Below, piece by piece: positions 1-8,858 of a DNA stretch of 64,000 nucleotides (positions are counted from its first letter, which is position 1; the number at the start of each line of letters is the position of its first letter). The stretch is from an uncultured Actinomycetes bacterium (GTDB lineage: Bacteria > SZUA-79 > Acidulodesulfobacterales > Acidulodesulfobacteraceae), in NCBI GenBank assembly GCA_964631685.1, contig CAZVZU010000003.1, positions 118,506 through 182,505 on the forward strand. Direction: 5' to 3'. Below the pieces are notes generated by a model. It was not told the origin of the DNA, searched no databases, and saw only the letters and a program-made list of their open reading frames with translations. The translations under genes were made by a program, and so were the position numbers.

Positions 1-2
1 AG

Positions 3-512
3 CTCAATAGTTTACATTCAAATGTAATTAGGCAGGGAGCCCTTTTAGTTGTTCCGCAAAGATATAGGACGGCATTAATCAATAAACATGGCCATAACAA
101 ATATGGATACTATTATATTGCCAATAGAAGAAACAATATGATAAGTATCGGTAACAAGATAGTATATACCGCGCTACAATTTATAGGTGTTCCGTATGTG
201 TGGGGCGGGACTACTACACATGGAATGGATTGTTCCGGTTTTTCTCAAAAAGTGTTTGCGAGGAACAATATACGTATTCCGAGGACCGCACTTGAGCAAT
301 CAAGATTGGGTAAATATGTTCCTAAAAACAGCTTAAGGCCCGGTGATTTGGTCTTCTTCAGGACATATGCCCCTTATATTTCCCATGTTGGTATTTATAT
401 AGGGGACGGAAAATTTATTCAGGAAAATTCAGGTGCCGGGACAGTAACGATAACTCGCCTGTCAAACGAATATTTTAAAAGAACTTACGCATTTGCAAAA
501 CTTATTAATTAA
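3..512 (+). CDS. LysM + NlpC/P60 peptidoglycan endopeptidase, 5'-partial
   Basis: NlpC/P60 motifs GVPYVWGG, DCSGF and SHVGIYIG. The frame is open back to the window start and reads LNSLHSNVIRQGALLVVP, the end of a LysM domain, so the ATG at 138 is internal. Confidence 0.9.
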   Translation, partial: LNSLHSNVIRQGALLVVPQRYRTALINKHGHNKYGYYYIANRRNNMISIGNKIVYTALQFIGVPYVWGGTTTHGMDCSGFSQKVFARNNIRIPRTALEQSRLGKYVPKNSLRPGDLVFFRTYAPYISHVGIYIGDGKFIQENSGAGTVTITRLSNEYFKRTYAFAKLIN

Positions 513-576
513 AAACCTTTATATATCTGATCATATCGGTTATTATGTTATCGGTTTAATGTAGGAGATAAAGTTT

Positions 577-1434
577 ATGTTTAATTTTAACAGTTGGTAT
601 GCTCCAAACCCGATAATATACATGGGATCAATTCCTGTGCATTGGTATGGAATCTTGATAGGAATAGGTTTTATTGTTGGCATCGCCATAGCCTATTTTA
701 GGGTAAAATCATGGGGCGAAGATCCTGAAAATATCATTAATATTATGGTATTTGCCATACCTGTGTCAATTATCTTTGCGCGTATTTATTATGTAGTTTT
801 TGCATGGGGATATTACGCAAGGAATCCGATGAGTATTTTTTATATATGGCAGGGTGGCATAGCTATATATGGCGGGGAAATTGGAGGACTTCTAGTTCTT
901 TTGCTTTATACCCGTATTAAAAAATTAGACATATGGTTATATATAGACGCGCTTGCGCCAAGTCTTATTCTTGGGCAGGCTATAGGTAGATGGGGAAACT
1001 TTATAGACCAGCAAGCCTTTGGTTATCCCGTTAAATGGGGACTGCCTATTTCAAAAGTATTACGCCCGATTAACGCATATACCCCAAAACACTTGCTGTT
1101 TGGATTATGGGGCTATCCTTTCCAAACAGCATATCCGAAAAACCTCGCAATGTATTCCCACTTCGAGCCTTCATTTTTATATGAGTCCGTTCCGGATTTT
1201 CTTGGATTTATATTTTTAATGTGGCTTTCGAGAAAAAAGCCGAAGGTTGCAGGCAAAATACTTATTGGTTATTTAATATGGTACGGAATAACCAGGTTTT
1301 TTACGGAAGGGACAAGAATTGACAGCCTATGGATGGGAAATAGCCTTAGGGTTTCACAAGTGCTAAGTATGCTTGTTGTTGTAGCTTCTATAGCAATTTT
1401 AATTTATAGGCATTATAAATATAAAGCGCTATAA
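577..1434 (+). CDS. lgt: Prolipoprotein diacylglyceryl transferase
   Basis: Motifs HWYG, ARIYYV, IWQGGIAIYGG, GQAIGRWGNF, PSFLYES and RFFTEGTR; SD AGGAG upstream. Confidence 0.96.
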   Translation: MFNFNSWYAPNPIIYMGSIPVHWYGILIGIGFIVGIAIAYFRVKSWGEDPENIINIMVFAIPVSIIFARIYYVVFAWGYYARNPMSIFYIWQGGIAIYGGEIGGLLVLLLYTRIKKLDIWLYIDALAPSLILGQAIGRWGNFIDQQAFGYPVKWGLPISKVLRPINAYTPKHLLFGLWGYPFQTAYPKNLAMYSHFEPSFLYESVPDFLGFIFLMWLSRKKPKVAGKILIGYLIWYGITRFFTEGTRIDSLWMGNSLRVSQVLSMLVVVASIAILIYRHYKYKAL

Positions 1435-1500
1435 AACAACGGACTATCGTTCCGGGTTTAAATAAATTGCCTACCATTCAAATTTAAACAATACTCCGAT

Positions 1501-2925
1501 ATGGTCGAGTTTATAAAAAATTTAAGCATAAAATGGAAAATATTGGTGAGCGCTTTTGTCATTTTTTTCTTCACTATTTTTGCTAGCGACGGCATTTTTC
1601 TATATACGATTTATAAAACTCTAAATTACAGAAACTCGCTTAAAAATGAAAAATTGGTCAAAATAACGGTTAAGCCACTGGCGCAGCTTTTATATCTAAG
1701 AAGGATCAAGTTCGCGAAGGATTATTTGATTTGCGTTTATAAGCATAAAACCATTGGGCAATATAGAAATATAAAGGGGCTGAGCCTATACGATTTAAAA
1801 GGACAACCTATCTTTAATTGCGGGACAATCTATGATAAAAACAGTCGCAATAATGGATTGTATTATAAAAAACTGAGCTATAACGGAGAAAAATTAGGAA
1901 CGTTACTAATAAGATTTAATTTGGAAAGCGAATTAAACGGCGTAAGAACCCGTGTTTTCTGGGTCGGAATAAGATTTTTGATAATAGCTGTCGGCTTTAT
2001 TGCACTGGGGCTCTTTATGTTTTATATGATAACGGTTTTTTTAACGAAACCGCTGTCGGAAATAAAAGAGAATATAGAAAAAATAAAAAACGGGCATTAT
2101 AAAATAACCTTTAAGAGTAGACCTAAAGACGAGATAGGGAGTGTAATAAATGCAATTAACTCGATGGCGCAGGCGACAGAGGCTTATATAAAAAAGATTG
2201 ACTTGATGAATAAAGAGAAAAATGAATTAAATTGTATGGCGGTTATGGGTGAGATGTCTGCACATATTGCCCACGAGGTAAAGAATACGGTATATGTTAT
2301 TTCATCCGCCAATACTTATATTTCCAATGAAACGCATAATAAGATCGTTATAGAGCTTACGAACATAATTGATAACGAAGTAAAAAGACTAAATAAAATG
2401 ACGATGGATTTTTTAGGTTTTACTCGGCAGAGAAGTCCTGAATTAACGGCAGTAAATATTAATAAATTAATAAACGAATCTTTAAGGATATCCAAACTGG
2501 AATTGTCAAATCTAAACATAAAATTAATTAAAGATTTGTGCGACGATAATATTGCGTTTATAAACGGAGATCCGGAACTTTTAAAGCAGGTTATTCTCAA
2601 CTTGATAGTCAATGCAATAGATGCAATTTATATTGTTGACCAGCCTAAAAACAAGGTTATAAAAATATGTACAAAAATTAAAGGAGACTTCGTAAGCATA
2701 GAGGTCGAAAACAGTGGGCAACAGATATCAAAGGAAAATTTGAACAATATATTTAAGCCGTTTTTCACCACTAAAAATACCGGTTCGGGTCTTGGGCTTT
2801 CGATCTCTCAGCGGATAGTTAAATTGCACCATGGAACAATATATGTCGATAGTGATGAAAATAAAACGGTTTTTACGATTACAATACCCCTTTTGAGGCG
2901 GGCTCAACATGCGGACGGGGTGTAA
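1501..2925 (+). CDS. Membrane sensor histidine kinase with HAMP domain (TspS-like)
   Basis: Two TM segments, HAMP (DEIG), H-box IAHEVKN, N-box QVILNLIVNA, and PFFTTK/GSGLGL; paired with the downstream activator. Confidence 0.92.
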   Translation: MVEFIKNLSIKWKILVSAFVIFFFTIFASDGIFLYTIYKTLNYRNSLKNEKLVKITVKPLAQLLYLRRIKFAKDYLICVYKHKTIGQYRNIKGLSLYDLKGQPIFNCGTIYDKNSRNNGLYYKKLSYNGEKLGTLLIRFNLESELNGVRTRVFWVGIRFLIIAVGFIALGLFMFYMITVFLTKPLSEIKENIEKIKNGHYKITFKSRPKDEIGSVINAINSMAQATEAYIKKIDLMNKEKNELNCMAVMGEMSAHIAHEVKNTVYVISSANTYISNETHNKIVIELTNIIDNEVKRLNKMTMDFLGFTRQRSPELTAVNINKLINESLRISKLELSNLNIKLIKDLCDDNIAFINGDPELLKQVILNLIVNAIDAIYIVDQPKNKVIKICTKIKGDFVSIEVENSGQQISKENLNNIFKPFFTTKNTGSGLGLSISQRIVKLHHGTIYVDSDENKTVFTITIPLLRRAQHADGV

Positions 2926-2948
2926 ATATATTCTAGAAGCGAGGCAAT

Positions 2949-4316
2949 ATGGCTAAGGTTTTATTGATAGATGATGAAAAAAATATTTTGCGGGTAGTTA
3001 GCTTAAATTTAATCAAACAAGGTTTTTTAGTAGACACGGCTACTAACGCGAAACAGGGTTTTGACCTATTTTTAAAGAACAGACACGATATAATTTTGAG
3101 TGATTTAAAATTAGGCGGAATGAATGGGATAGAACTGCTTTCCAAGATAAGGAACATTGATAAAGACGTTGTATTTATAGTTATTACTGCATTTGGCAGT
3201 ATAGAACAGGCGGTTTACGCTATGAAGATTGGGGCGAACGACTTTATTTCTAAGCCGGTGGATATAGAGGGTCTTTCCGAAAATTTAAAGGCGCTTTTGC
3301 ATAGGAATAAGGGTAATTTAAAAACATCTAACAATGAAGAAGAAGATTATATATTAAAAATTAAGGAAAATTTCATATATGAGAGCCCTCAACTTGCTGA
3401 AATTTTGCATGAGATCTATTTAACGGCTAAATTTAAATCTAATATTTTAATAACCGGAGAAACAGGTACAGGCAAAGAGCTTATCGCAAGAATCATACAT
3501 AATTCTTCGGGTAGGAAAGGGGAGTTCGTTCCGATAAATTGTAGCGCAGTGCCGACCGACCTTTTAGAAAATGAGTTTTTCGGGCATGAAAAAGGGTCTT
3601 TTACGGGCGCTATTTCAAAGCGAGTAGGTAAATTCGAATTAGCTGAAAATGGAACTCTTTTTCTGGATGAAATAGGAGAAATGCCGTTATTTATGCAGGC
3701 AAAATTACTCAGAGTGGCGCAGGATAAAGAATTTTCAAGGATAGGATCAAATTCGACAATTAAGCTTAATGCGAGAATTATTTGTGCTACAAATGTAGAA
3801 CTTGAAAAGGCGGTTATCGAAAAAAAATTCAGAGAAGACCTTTTTTACAGGATAAACGTACTGCATTTTAAAATTCCTCCGTTAAGAGAAAGGAAGGAAG
3901 ATATAATTCCACTTGCAGATTTTTTTGTTAAAAAATATAGTGAACTTAATAAAAAAAATATAAAATCCATCTCGAAAGAGGCAATCAGGATTTTAATGGA
4001 TTACACATTCCCCGGTAATATCAGGGAGTTGGAAAATTTTATAGAGCGCGCCGTGATTGTTTCTCATCATGATATACTTGAACCGTCAAATCTGCCTAAA
4101 ACGGTAACATCTATAGGTTCTAAGGATCAAGATGGGTATAATAACGGCTTAATAAGTTTAACAGCTGATAATTTAAAACTTGAGGATGTGGAAACATACG
4201 TAATTAAAAATGCGCTTGAAAAAAATGATTACAATCAAACCAAATCGGCGATTGCACTTGGCATATCCAGAAAACAGCTGATAACAAAGATGAAAAAGTA
4301 TAATCTTTTCGGGTAA
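2949..4316 (+). CDS. Sigma54-dependent response regulator, NtrC/Fis family (TspR-like)
   Basis: Receiver domain (IDDE...SDLKL), Walker A GETGTGKE, GSFTGA loop, FLDEIGE, FPGNIREL, and a C-terminal Fis HTH. Confidence 0.95.
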   Translation: MAKVLLIDDEKNILRVVSLNLIKQGFLVDTATNAKQGFDLFLKNRHDIILSDLKLGGMNGIELLSKIRNIDKDVVFIVITAFGSIEQAVYAMKIGANDFISKPVDIEGLSENLKALLHRNKGNLKTSNNEEEDYILKIKENFIYESPQLAEILHEIYLTAKFKSNILITGETGTGKELIARIIHNSSGRKGEFVPINCSAVPTDLLENEFFGHEKGSFTGAISKRVGKFELAENGTLFLDEIGEMPLFMQAKLLRVAQDKEFSRIGSNSTIKLNARIICATNVELEKAVIEKKFREDLFYRINVLHFKIPPLRERKEDIIPLADFFVKKYSELNKKNIKSISKEAIRILMDYTFPGNIRELENFIERAVIVSHHDILEPSNLPKTVTSIGSKDQDGYNNGLISLTADNLKLEDVETYVIKNALEKNDYNQTKSAIALGISRKQLITKMKKYNLFG

Positions 4317-4325
4317 ATATAAACT

Positions 4326-4363
4326 TGTCCGTTTTTGGACAGTTGTCTGCCCGTTTTTGTCCT
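4326..4363 (+). promoter_or_regulatory. Tandem upstream activator sequences for the sigma54 activator
   Basis: Palindrome TGTCC-GTTTTT-GGACA at 4326-4341 plus an imperfect copy TGCCCGTTTTTGTCCT starting 22 bp later; about 145-180 bp upstream of the -24 element. Confidence 0.75.
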
Positions 4364-4506
4364 TCGCCCCATTACATTTTATTTCAGTATATCCGCTTCA
4401 TCATTAACCGTGAAAAGTTAAAAATACCCTTGATGTTCATATCACTATTGTTCTACCTTTAAATATGCGTAAGGATACTATCAAGATATAACTGTCCTTT
4501 AATGCA

Positions 4507-4522
4507 TGGCATAAACATTGCA
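4507..4522 (+). promoter_or_regulatory. Sigma54 (-24/-12) promoter of the sox operon
   Basis: TGGCATAAACATTGCA fits TGGCA-N6-TTGCW with exact GG/GC spacing; ends 57 bp before soxY. Confidence 0.9.
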
Positions 4523-4579
4523 ATCATACAAGGGTATTCTGACGAACAATAAAACTTTTATAAATGAGGAGGATAAGGT

Positions 4580-5098
4580 ATGCGTAAAGGGCAGGATGTA
4601 ACAAGAAGGGATTTTATTAAAAAGACAGCGATTGCAACGGCTGTTATCATAGGAGCCGGTTCAATAACTAATATTCCAGAGGCTGTCTTTGCAAAAAAAA
4701 CGCCCCATAAGTCTATTTATGTGGTAAAAGCAAATGTTGAAACGGTTAATGGCAAGAAAGTAAAATGGATTGAACATCCTAATAGTGAAGAGATGTCGTT
4801 TATCCCAAGTGTCCGTCTTCCTTTAATTGCTCAGAACGGGGCTTTTGTTCCGGTTACTATGGAGGCGCGGAGATCCCAGACCGATAGGTTATATTTAAAA
4901 ACATTTTATATTTACGATTTAAATAATCCGGTTCCTCTTGTTGCCTCTTTTAATTTAACACCCAGAAACGGTAAGGCATACATCGCAACGAGAATTAAGC
5001 TGCAGCAAGAATCGTATGTTCAAGTTTTGGCGGAATATTCCAATGGCGAAGTTTACGGCTACAAAAAAAGAATTAAGGTGACCGTCGGCGGATGCTAA
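4580..5098 (+). CDS. soxY: Sulfur carrier protein SoxY
   Basis: Tat signal TRRDFIK; IAQNGAFVPV, NNPVPLVASF, ATRIKL; C-terminal KVTVGGC. Confidence 0.93.
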   Translation: MRKGQDVTRRDFIKKTAIATAVIIGAGSITNIPEAVFAKKTPHKSIYVVKANVETVNGKKVKWIEHPNSEEMSFIPSVRLPLIAQNGAFVPVTMEARRSQTDRLYLKTFYIYDLNNPVPLVASFNLTPRNGKAYIATRIKLQQESYVQVLAEYSNGEVYGYKKRIKVTVGGC

Positions 5099-5163
5099 GA
5101 GATAAACAATAGGCCCAAACTAAATTAAATTTTCTTTATATATTTAAATAAAGGAGTGAAGCT

Positions 5164-5496
5164 ATGAAGATAGGAACTATTATGGTTAGAGTCCCCGAAA
5201 AGGTAAAAGCAGGGGAAATTTTTAAAGTATTATCATTGGCGCAACATCCGATGGATACCGGTCTTGTTAAAAATAAAAAGACCGGCAAGATTATCCCTGA
5301 ATGGATAATAAATAAAGTGGATATATATTACGATAAAAGAATAATCATGACTTGTGATTACGGGATAGCGATATCTACGGATCCCTTTTTAGCATTTTAT
5401 GTGAAGGCGATAGACAGGACTGCCTCATTAGATTTTGTTATGCGTGACACTAAGGAAAATATATATAAGAAATCAGTTTCAATAAATGTAGGTTAA
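5164..5496 (+). CDS. soxZ: Sulfur carrier partner SoxZ
   Basis: HPMDTGL.K...G..IP and ISTDPFLAF motifs; no signal peptide; directly after soxY. Confidence 0.93.
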   Translation: MKIGTIMVRVPEKVKAGEIFKVLSLAQHPMDTGLVKNKKTGKIIPEWIINKVDIYYDKRIIMTCDYGIAISTDPFLAFYVKAIDRTASLDFVMRDTKENIYKKSVSINVG

Positions 5497-5530
5497 ATAT
5501 TCTACTTAAATTATAAGAAATGGTGAATAA

Positions 5531-6019
5531 ATGAAAAGATTATTAATAACTTTGTCAGTGTTCATTATTTTGCTTGTCGGCTCTCTCTATGCATATAATG
5601 CGTACGTATTGAATAGTTTTCATAGCGCATTTTATACCATAAAGGTAAAAAAAAGCTTTGGAGGCGCTGTATTTGACCTAAAACAGGCTATGATAAGCAA
5701 TGATTATGTTATTGTCGGTGTAAACCCTATTTCTCAAGGGATTAAAAATGAAGGAAAAAAGATTTCTAAGCTAGATGTCATCGAATATTGCAATCTGTCA
5801 TATGCTTACGATATTCTTCACGGCAATAAAAAATTTGCAGCTTTTATGCCTTGTAGAATTGCTGTTTACAAAGAAGGGAATTATGTGGTTATAACCGGTT
5901 TTTTGCCTTCTCACTCGCTTAGATTCTTTTCACATGTTACTCCATTAATGAGAGCTACTGCATTAAAGGTCACACATCAAATGAAAGACATTATAAATTC
6001 GGTAAAAAATGGTTTCTGA
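5531..6019 (+). CDS. Exported or membrane-anchored DUF302 domain protein
   Basis: N-terminal hydrophobic segment; DUF302 motifs IEYCNL and FMPCRIAVY. Confidence 0.8.
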   Translation: MKRLLITLSVFIILLVGSLYAYNAYVLNSFHSAFYTIKVKKSFGGAVFDLKQAMISNDYVIVGVNPISQGIKNEGKKISKLDVIEYCNLSYAYDILHGNKKFAAFMPCRIAVYKEGNYVVITGFLPSHSLRFFSHVTPLMRATALKVTHQMKDIINSVKNGF

Positions 6020-6059
6020 TTTTTATAAAATATAAATATAAAGAGAGATATCAAACATT

Positions 6060-7751
6060 ATGATTAACACAATATCAAGAAGATATTTTTTGAAAGCTTC
6101 GGCGCTTCTTGCCGCGGGAACGGCGATAAATCCTGTTAATATTTTAAAATTTAAATCGGTAGGTAATTTAACTATCGCATGGAATTCAGACTCCCATGCG
6201 CACTTAAAACCGACCCTTTATAGGGAACCCTCCGTTAACATTGGTTCACGAATTGTTAACGGCAGACCGGGGCATTTGACGGGAGACTCCTTTAATCTTT
6301 ACTATGATATAAACCCCAAGTCTGCTATGGGTTATTTTTGTTCTTATGTGGATTTCGAGAACCTAAACAGGCGTTATGGTCGTATGGGTGGTTATGCTCA
6401 TATGGCATCCGTTTTTAATAAAATAAAAGCAGAAAGATACAATAAAACTATACAGCTTGATACTGGGGATTCGTGGCAAGGTACGGGTGTGGCACTTCTT
6501 ACCGGGGGCATGGCTGTTGTAAATACTCAAAACGCTATGGGTTACGATGCAATGACGGGACATTGGGAATTTACTTATGGAAAACAACAGCTTTTGTCCA
6601 ATATTAAAAAACTAAAGTTTCCGTTCATAGCACAAAATGTTAAGGATGCAACATGGGGCAATCTCATATTTAAACCCTATATAATAAAGGAGATAAACGG
6701 TTTAAGGATTGGTATAATAGGGCAGGCGTTTCCGTATGTTCCATTAGCTCATCCTAGTCATTTTGTTAAAAATTGGGCTTTCGGTGTGGATACGTATCAC
6801 GCCCAAAAAACGGTAAATAAGCTTAGAAATAACGAAAAAGTAGATTTGGTCGTTGTTCTTTCTCATAACGGACTTGAGGTTGATAGAAAGTTTGCGGCTA
6901 CGATCAATGGCATAGATATCATAATAGGTGGTCATACCCACGATATTCTTCCATCTCCAGATATTATTAATAACACCCTTATATGTCAGGCAGGCACACA
7001 CGGCAAATTTGTGGGAAGAATAGATTTAAATATTAGGAATAAAAAAATAGTTGATTACGATCATAGGCTGATCCCTATAGTTACAGATTGGATTAAACCC
7101 GACATAGAGGTGTCTCGCGTGATAGATGAGCAGTATGCCCCTCATAATAACATACTCAATGAAGAATTGGGAATTTCCGAAGATTTACTATATAGGAGAG
7201 CGACGTTTGTCAGTACGGTAGGCAATGTTGTGCAGCAGGCGTTTATAGAGAAGTTTGATACCCCGCTGGTATTTACGCCGGGATGGAGATGGGGCGAAAC
7301 GATTCTTCCGGGAGAAAAAATTACTATGGAGCATGTGTACGGGGAATATGGCACTACATATCCTGAAATTTACAAGGTTAGACTAAAAGGAAGTCAATTG
7401 TTTCAAATTATGTCAAGTAGTTTAAGCGATGTTTTTGCGAAAGACCCGTATTTGCAGATGGGCGGAGATGTTACTAGGGTATCTAATTCAAAATTGCGCA
7501 TAAGGATTAACACTCATTTAAACAAAAGGATCGAATCTTGGGACATCAATGGTAAGCCCCTAGAGCCCAATAAGGACTACACAATTGTAACTTCTGGCGC
7601 CAAAATGCAGAAACTTTCAAATACTCCAAATCAAGGTTTATCGAAACATAAGGCCTATGATGTTCTTGCCGACTATATTAGAAGCCATAAAAATATTAAA
7701 TCTATTCAAACTGGAGACGTGATATACGGCCATTCGAGAACAGCAGGCTGA
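6060..7751 (+). CDS. soxB: Thiosulfohydrolase SoxB
   Basis: Tat signal SRRYFLK; metallophosphoesterase motifs DSHAHL, DTGDSWQG, GHWEF, SHNG and GGHTHD; SoxB-typical YREPSVNIG and DPYLQMGGD. Confidence 0.95.
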   Translation: MINTISRRYFLKASALLAAGTAINPVNILKFKSVGNLTIAWNSDSHAHLKPTLYREPSVNIGSRIVNGRPGHLTGDSFNLYYDINPKSAMGYFCSYVDFENLNRRYGRMGGYAHMASVFNKIKAERYNKTIQLDTGDSWQGTGVALLTGGMAVVNTQNAMGYDAMTGHWEFTYGKQQLLSNIKKLKFPFIAQNVKDATWGNLIFKPYIIKEINGLRIGIIGQAFPYVPLAHPSHFVKNWAFGVDTYHAQKTVNKLRNNEKVDLVVVLSHNGLEVDRKFAATINGIDIIIGGHTHDILPSPDIINNTLICQAGTHGKFVGRIDLNIRNKKIVDYDHRLIPIVTDWIKPDIEVSRVIDEQYAPHNNILNEELGISEDLLYRRATFVSTVGNVVQQAFIEKFDTPLVFTPGWRWGETILPGEKITMEHVYGEYGTTYPEIYKVRLKGSQLFQIMSSSLSDVFAKDPYLQMGGDVTRVSNSKLRIRINTHLNKRIESWDINGKPLEPNKDYTIVTSGAKMQKLSNTPNQGLSKHKAYDVLADYIRSHKNIKSIQTGDVIYGHSRTAG

Positions 7752-7791
7752 TAAATAAACTGGATTATAAAACGAATAGGGGCATCAAGCT

Positions 7792-8274
7792 ATGAATATA
7801 AAGATTTTGTTTGTGTTAGTCATGTTAATATTGTTTACCGCAATGAATGTTCCGACTAATTTATATGCTAAGGGGCGAATTATAAATGTCTATAAATATT
7901 TTTCGCATCATCCGCTGAAAGAAATATATGTTGTAACCAATGCAAATCCCAAGGAATGGGCATTGACATTGTCTGATGTTTCGAATGCGATAATATTGTC
8001 AAGTCCTCATTTTATTAATTTAAAGATAGATGTGGTTGCATATGCTCCCGGGGGAATGCAGTTTTTAATGAAAAAATATGATAAAAAGAATTATCCGACA
8101 ATTCAAAGCTTACATGCTTACGGAGTGAAGTTTATTGCGTGCTATAACACGATGAAGACTCTCCATATTAAACCGAAAGAATTGTTTGATTTCGTGAAAA
8201 TTGCTTACCCGGGGGCTGTTTTTTATATAGCCATGAAGGAGTCACAGGGATTTAGGTATATTAAAACTTATTAA
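7792..8274 (+). CDS. Exported DsrE/DsrF-like protein
   Basis: Signal peptide; DVVAYAPG, GVKFIACYNTM, and GAVFYIAMKESQGFRYIK pattern. Confidence 0.8.
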   Translation: MNIKILFVLVMLILFTAMNVPTNLYAKGRIINVYKYFSHHPLKEIYVVTNANPKEWALTLSDVSNAIILSSPHFINLKIDVVAYAPGGMQFLMKKYDKKNYPTIQSLHAYGVKFIACYNTMKTLHIKPKELFDFVKIAYPGAVFYIAMKESQGFRYIKTY

Positions 8275-8345
8275 TGATCGTGTGTCGAAAATAATTTCGA
8301 AAACTATAAAATTTAATAGCTACAAGGAAAGGTGGAGGATTAAAA

Positions 8346-8825
8346 ATGCAAAAAGTTCATGATGTAGGAAAAATTTACTTTCTGGTTTTATTATGCACTT
8401 TTATTACGATTTCAATGCTATATATGGTCGGTAACGTATTTGCTGGCCAGCAGCCTAAGAATTTTACGCAGGCGGTTAAATTAGGCAAAAAATATTATAA
8501 AACCTCGTTTGGGTTTATCGGTAAATCATGCGAAACTTGTCATAGCATTTCAGATATTACAGGTAGAGGGGTAGGGAAGTCGACAGTTCCAATCCCTCCG
8601 TTTCCCGCCACTTACTATCCTAAATTTAAGAAGACCAATATATACTCTAGGAAAAAAATTCCTTATTCATTGCAGGATCAAATAAGGCACTGCATATTAA
8701 GAGGAGAAGAGGGTTTTAAATATGGACCCCATGCAAAGATTGTTGAGTATTTAGACCTTTATCTTACATATATATCTAATGGACACGAAATTCATATTCC
8801 CTTGAAAAAATCGAAGAGGAAATGA
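8346..8825 (+). CDS. Small monoheme c-type cytochrome, single SoxA/TsdA-like domain
   Basis: Signal peptide; GKSCETCH; YPKF; SLQDQIRHC with a candidate Cys axial ligand; LDLYLTYISNG matches the SoxA-domain end. Confidence 0.75.
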   Translation: MQKVHDVGKIYFLVLLCTFITISMLYMVGNVFAGQQPKNFTQAVKLGKKYYKTSFGFIGKSCETCHSISDITGRGVGKSTVPIPPFPATYYPKFKKTNIYSRKKIPYSLQDQIRHCILRGEEGFKYGPHAKIVEYLDLYLTYISNGHEIHIPLKKSKRK

Positions 8826-8858
8826 TATTAACTTGAAAATATGAAGGAGGAAAAGAAA

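Noticed and set aside
5096..5110. Selenocysteine or read-through restoring the SoxY GGCGG end
   Set aside because: The stop is TAA and the following bases (GAG ATA) do not encode Gly-Gly.
8346..8825. Calling the cytochrome SoxX or a full SoxA
   Set aside because: No Met after the CxxCH to act as the SoxX-type ligand; only one heme domain and about half the length of SoxA.
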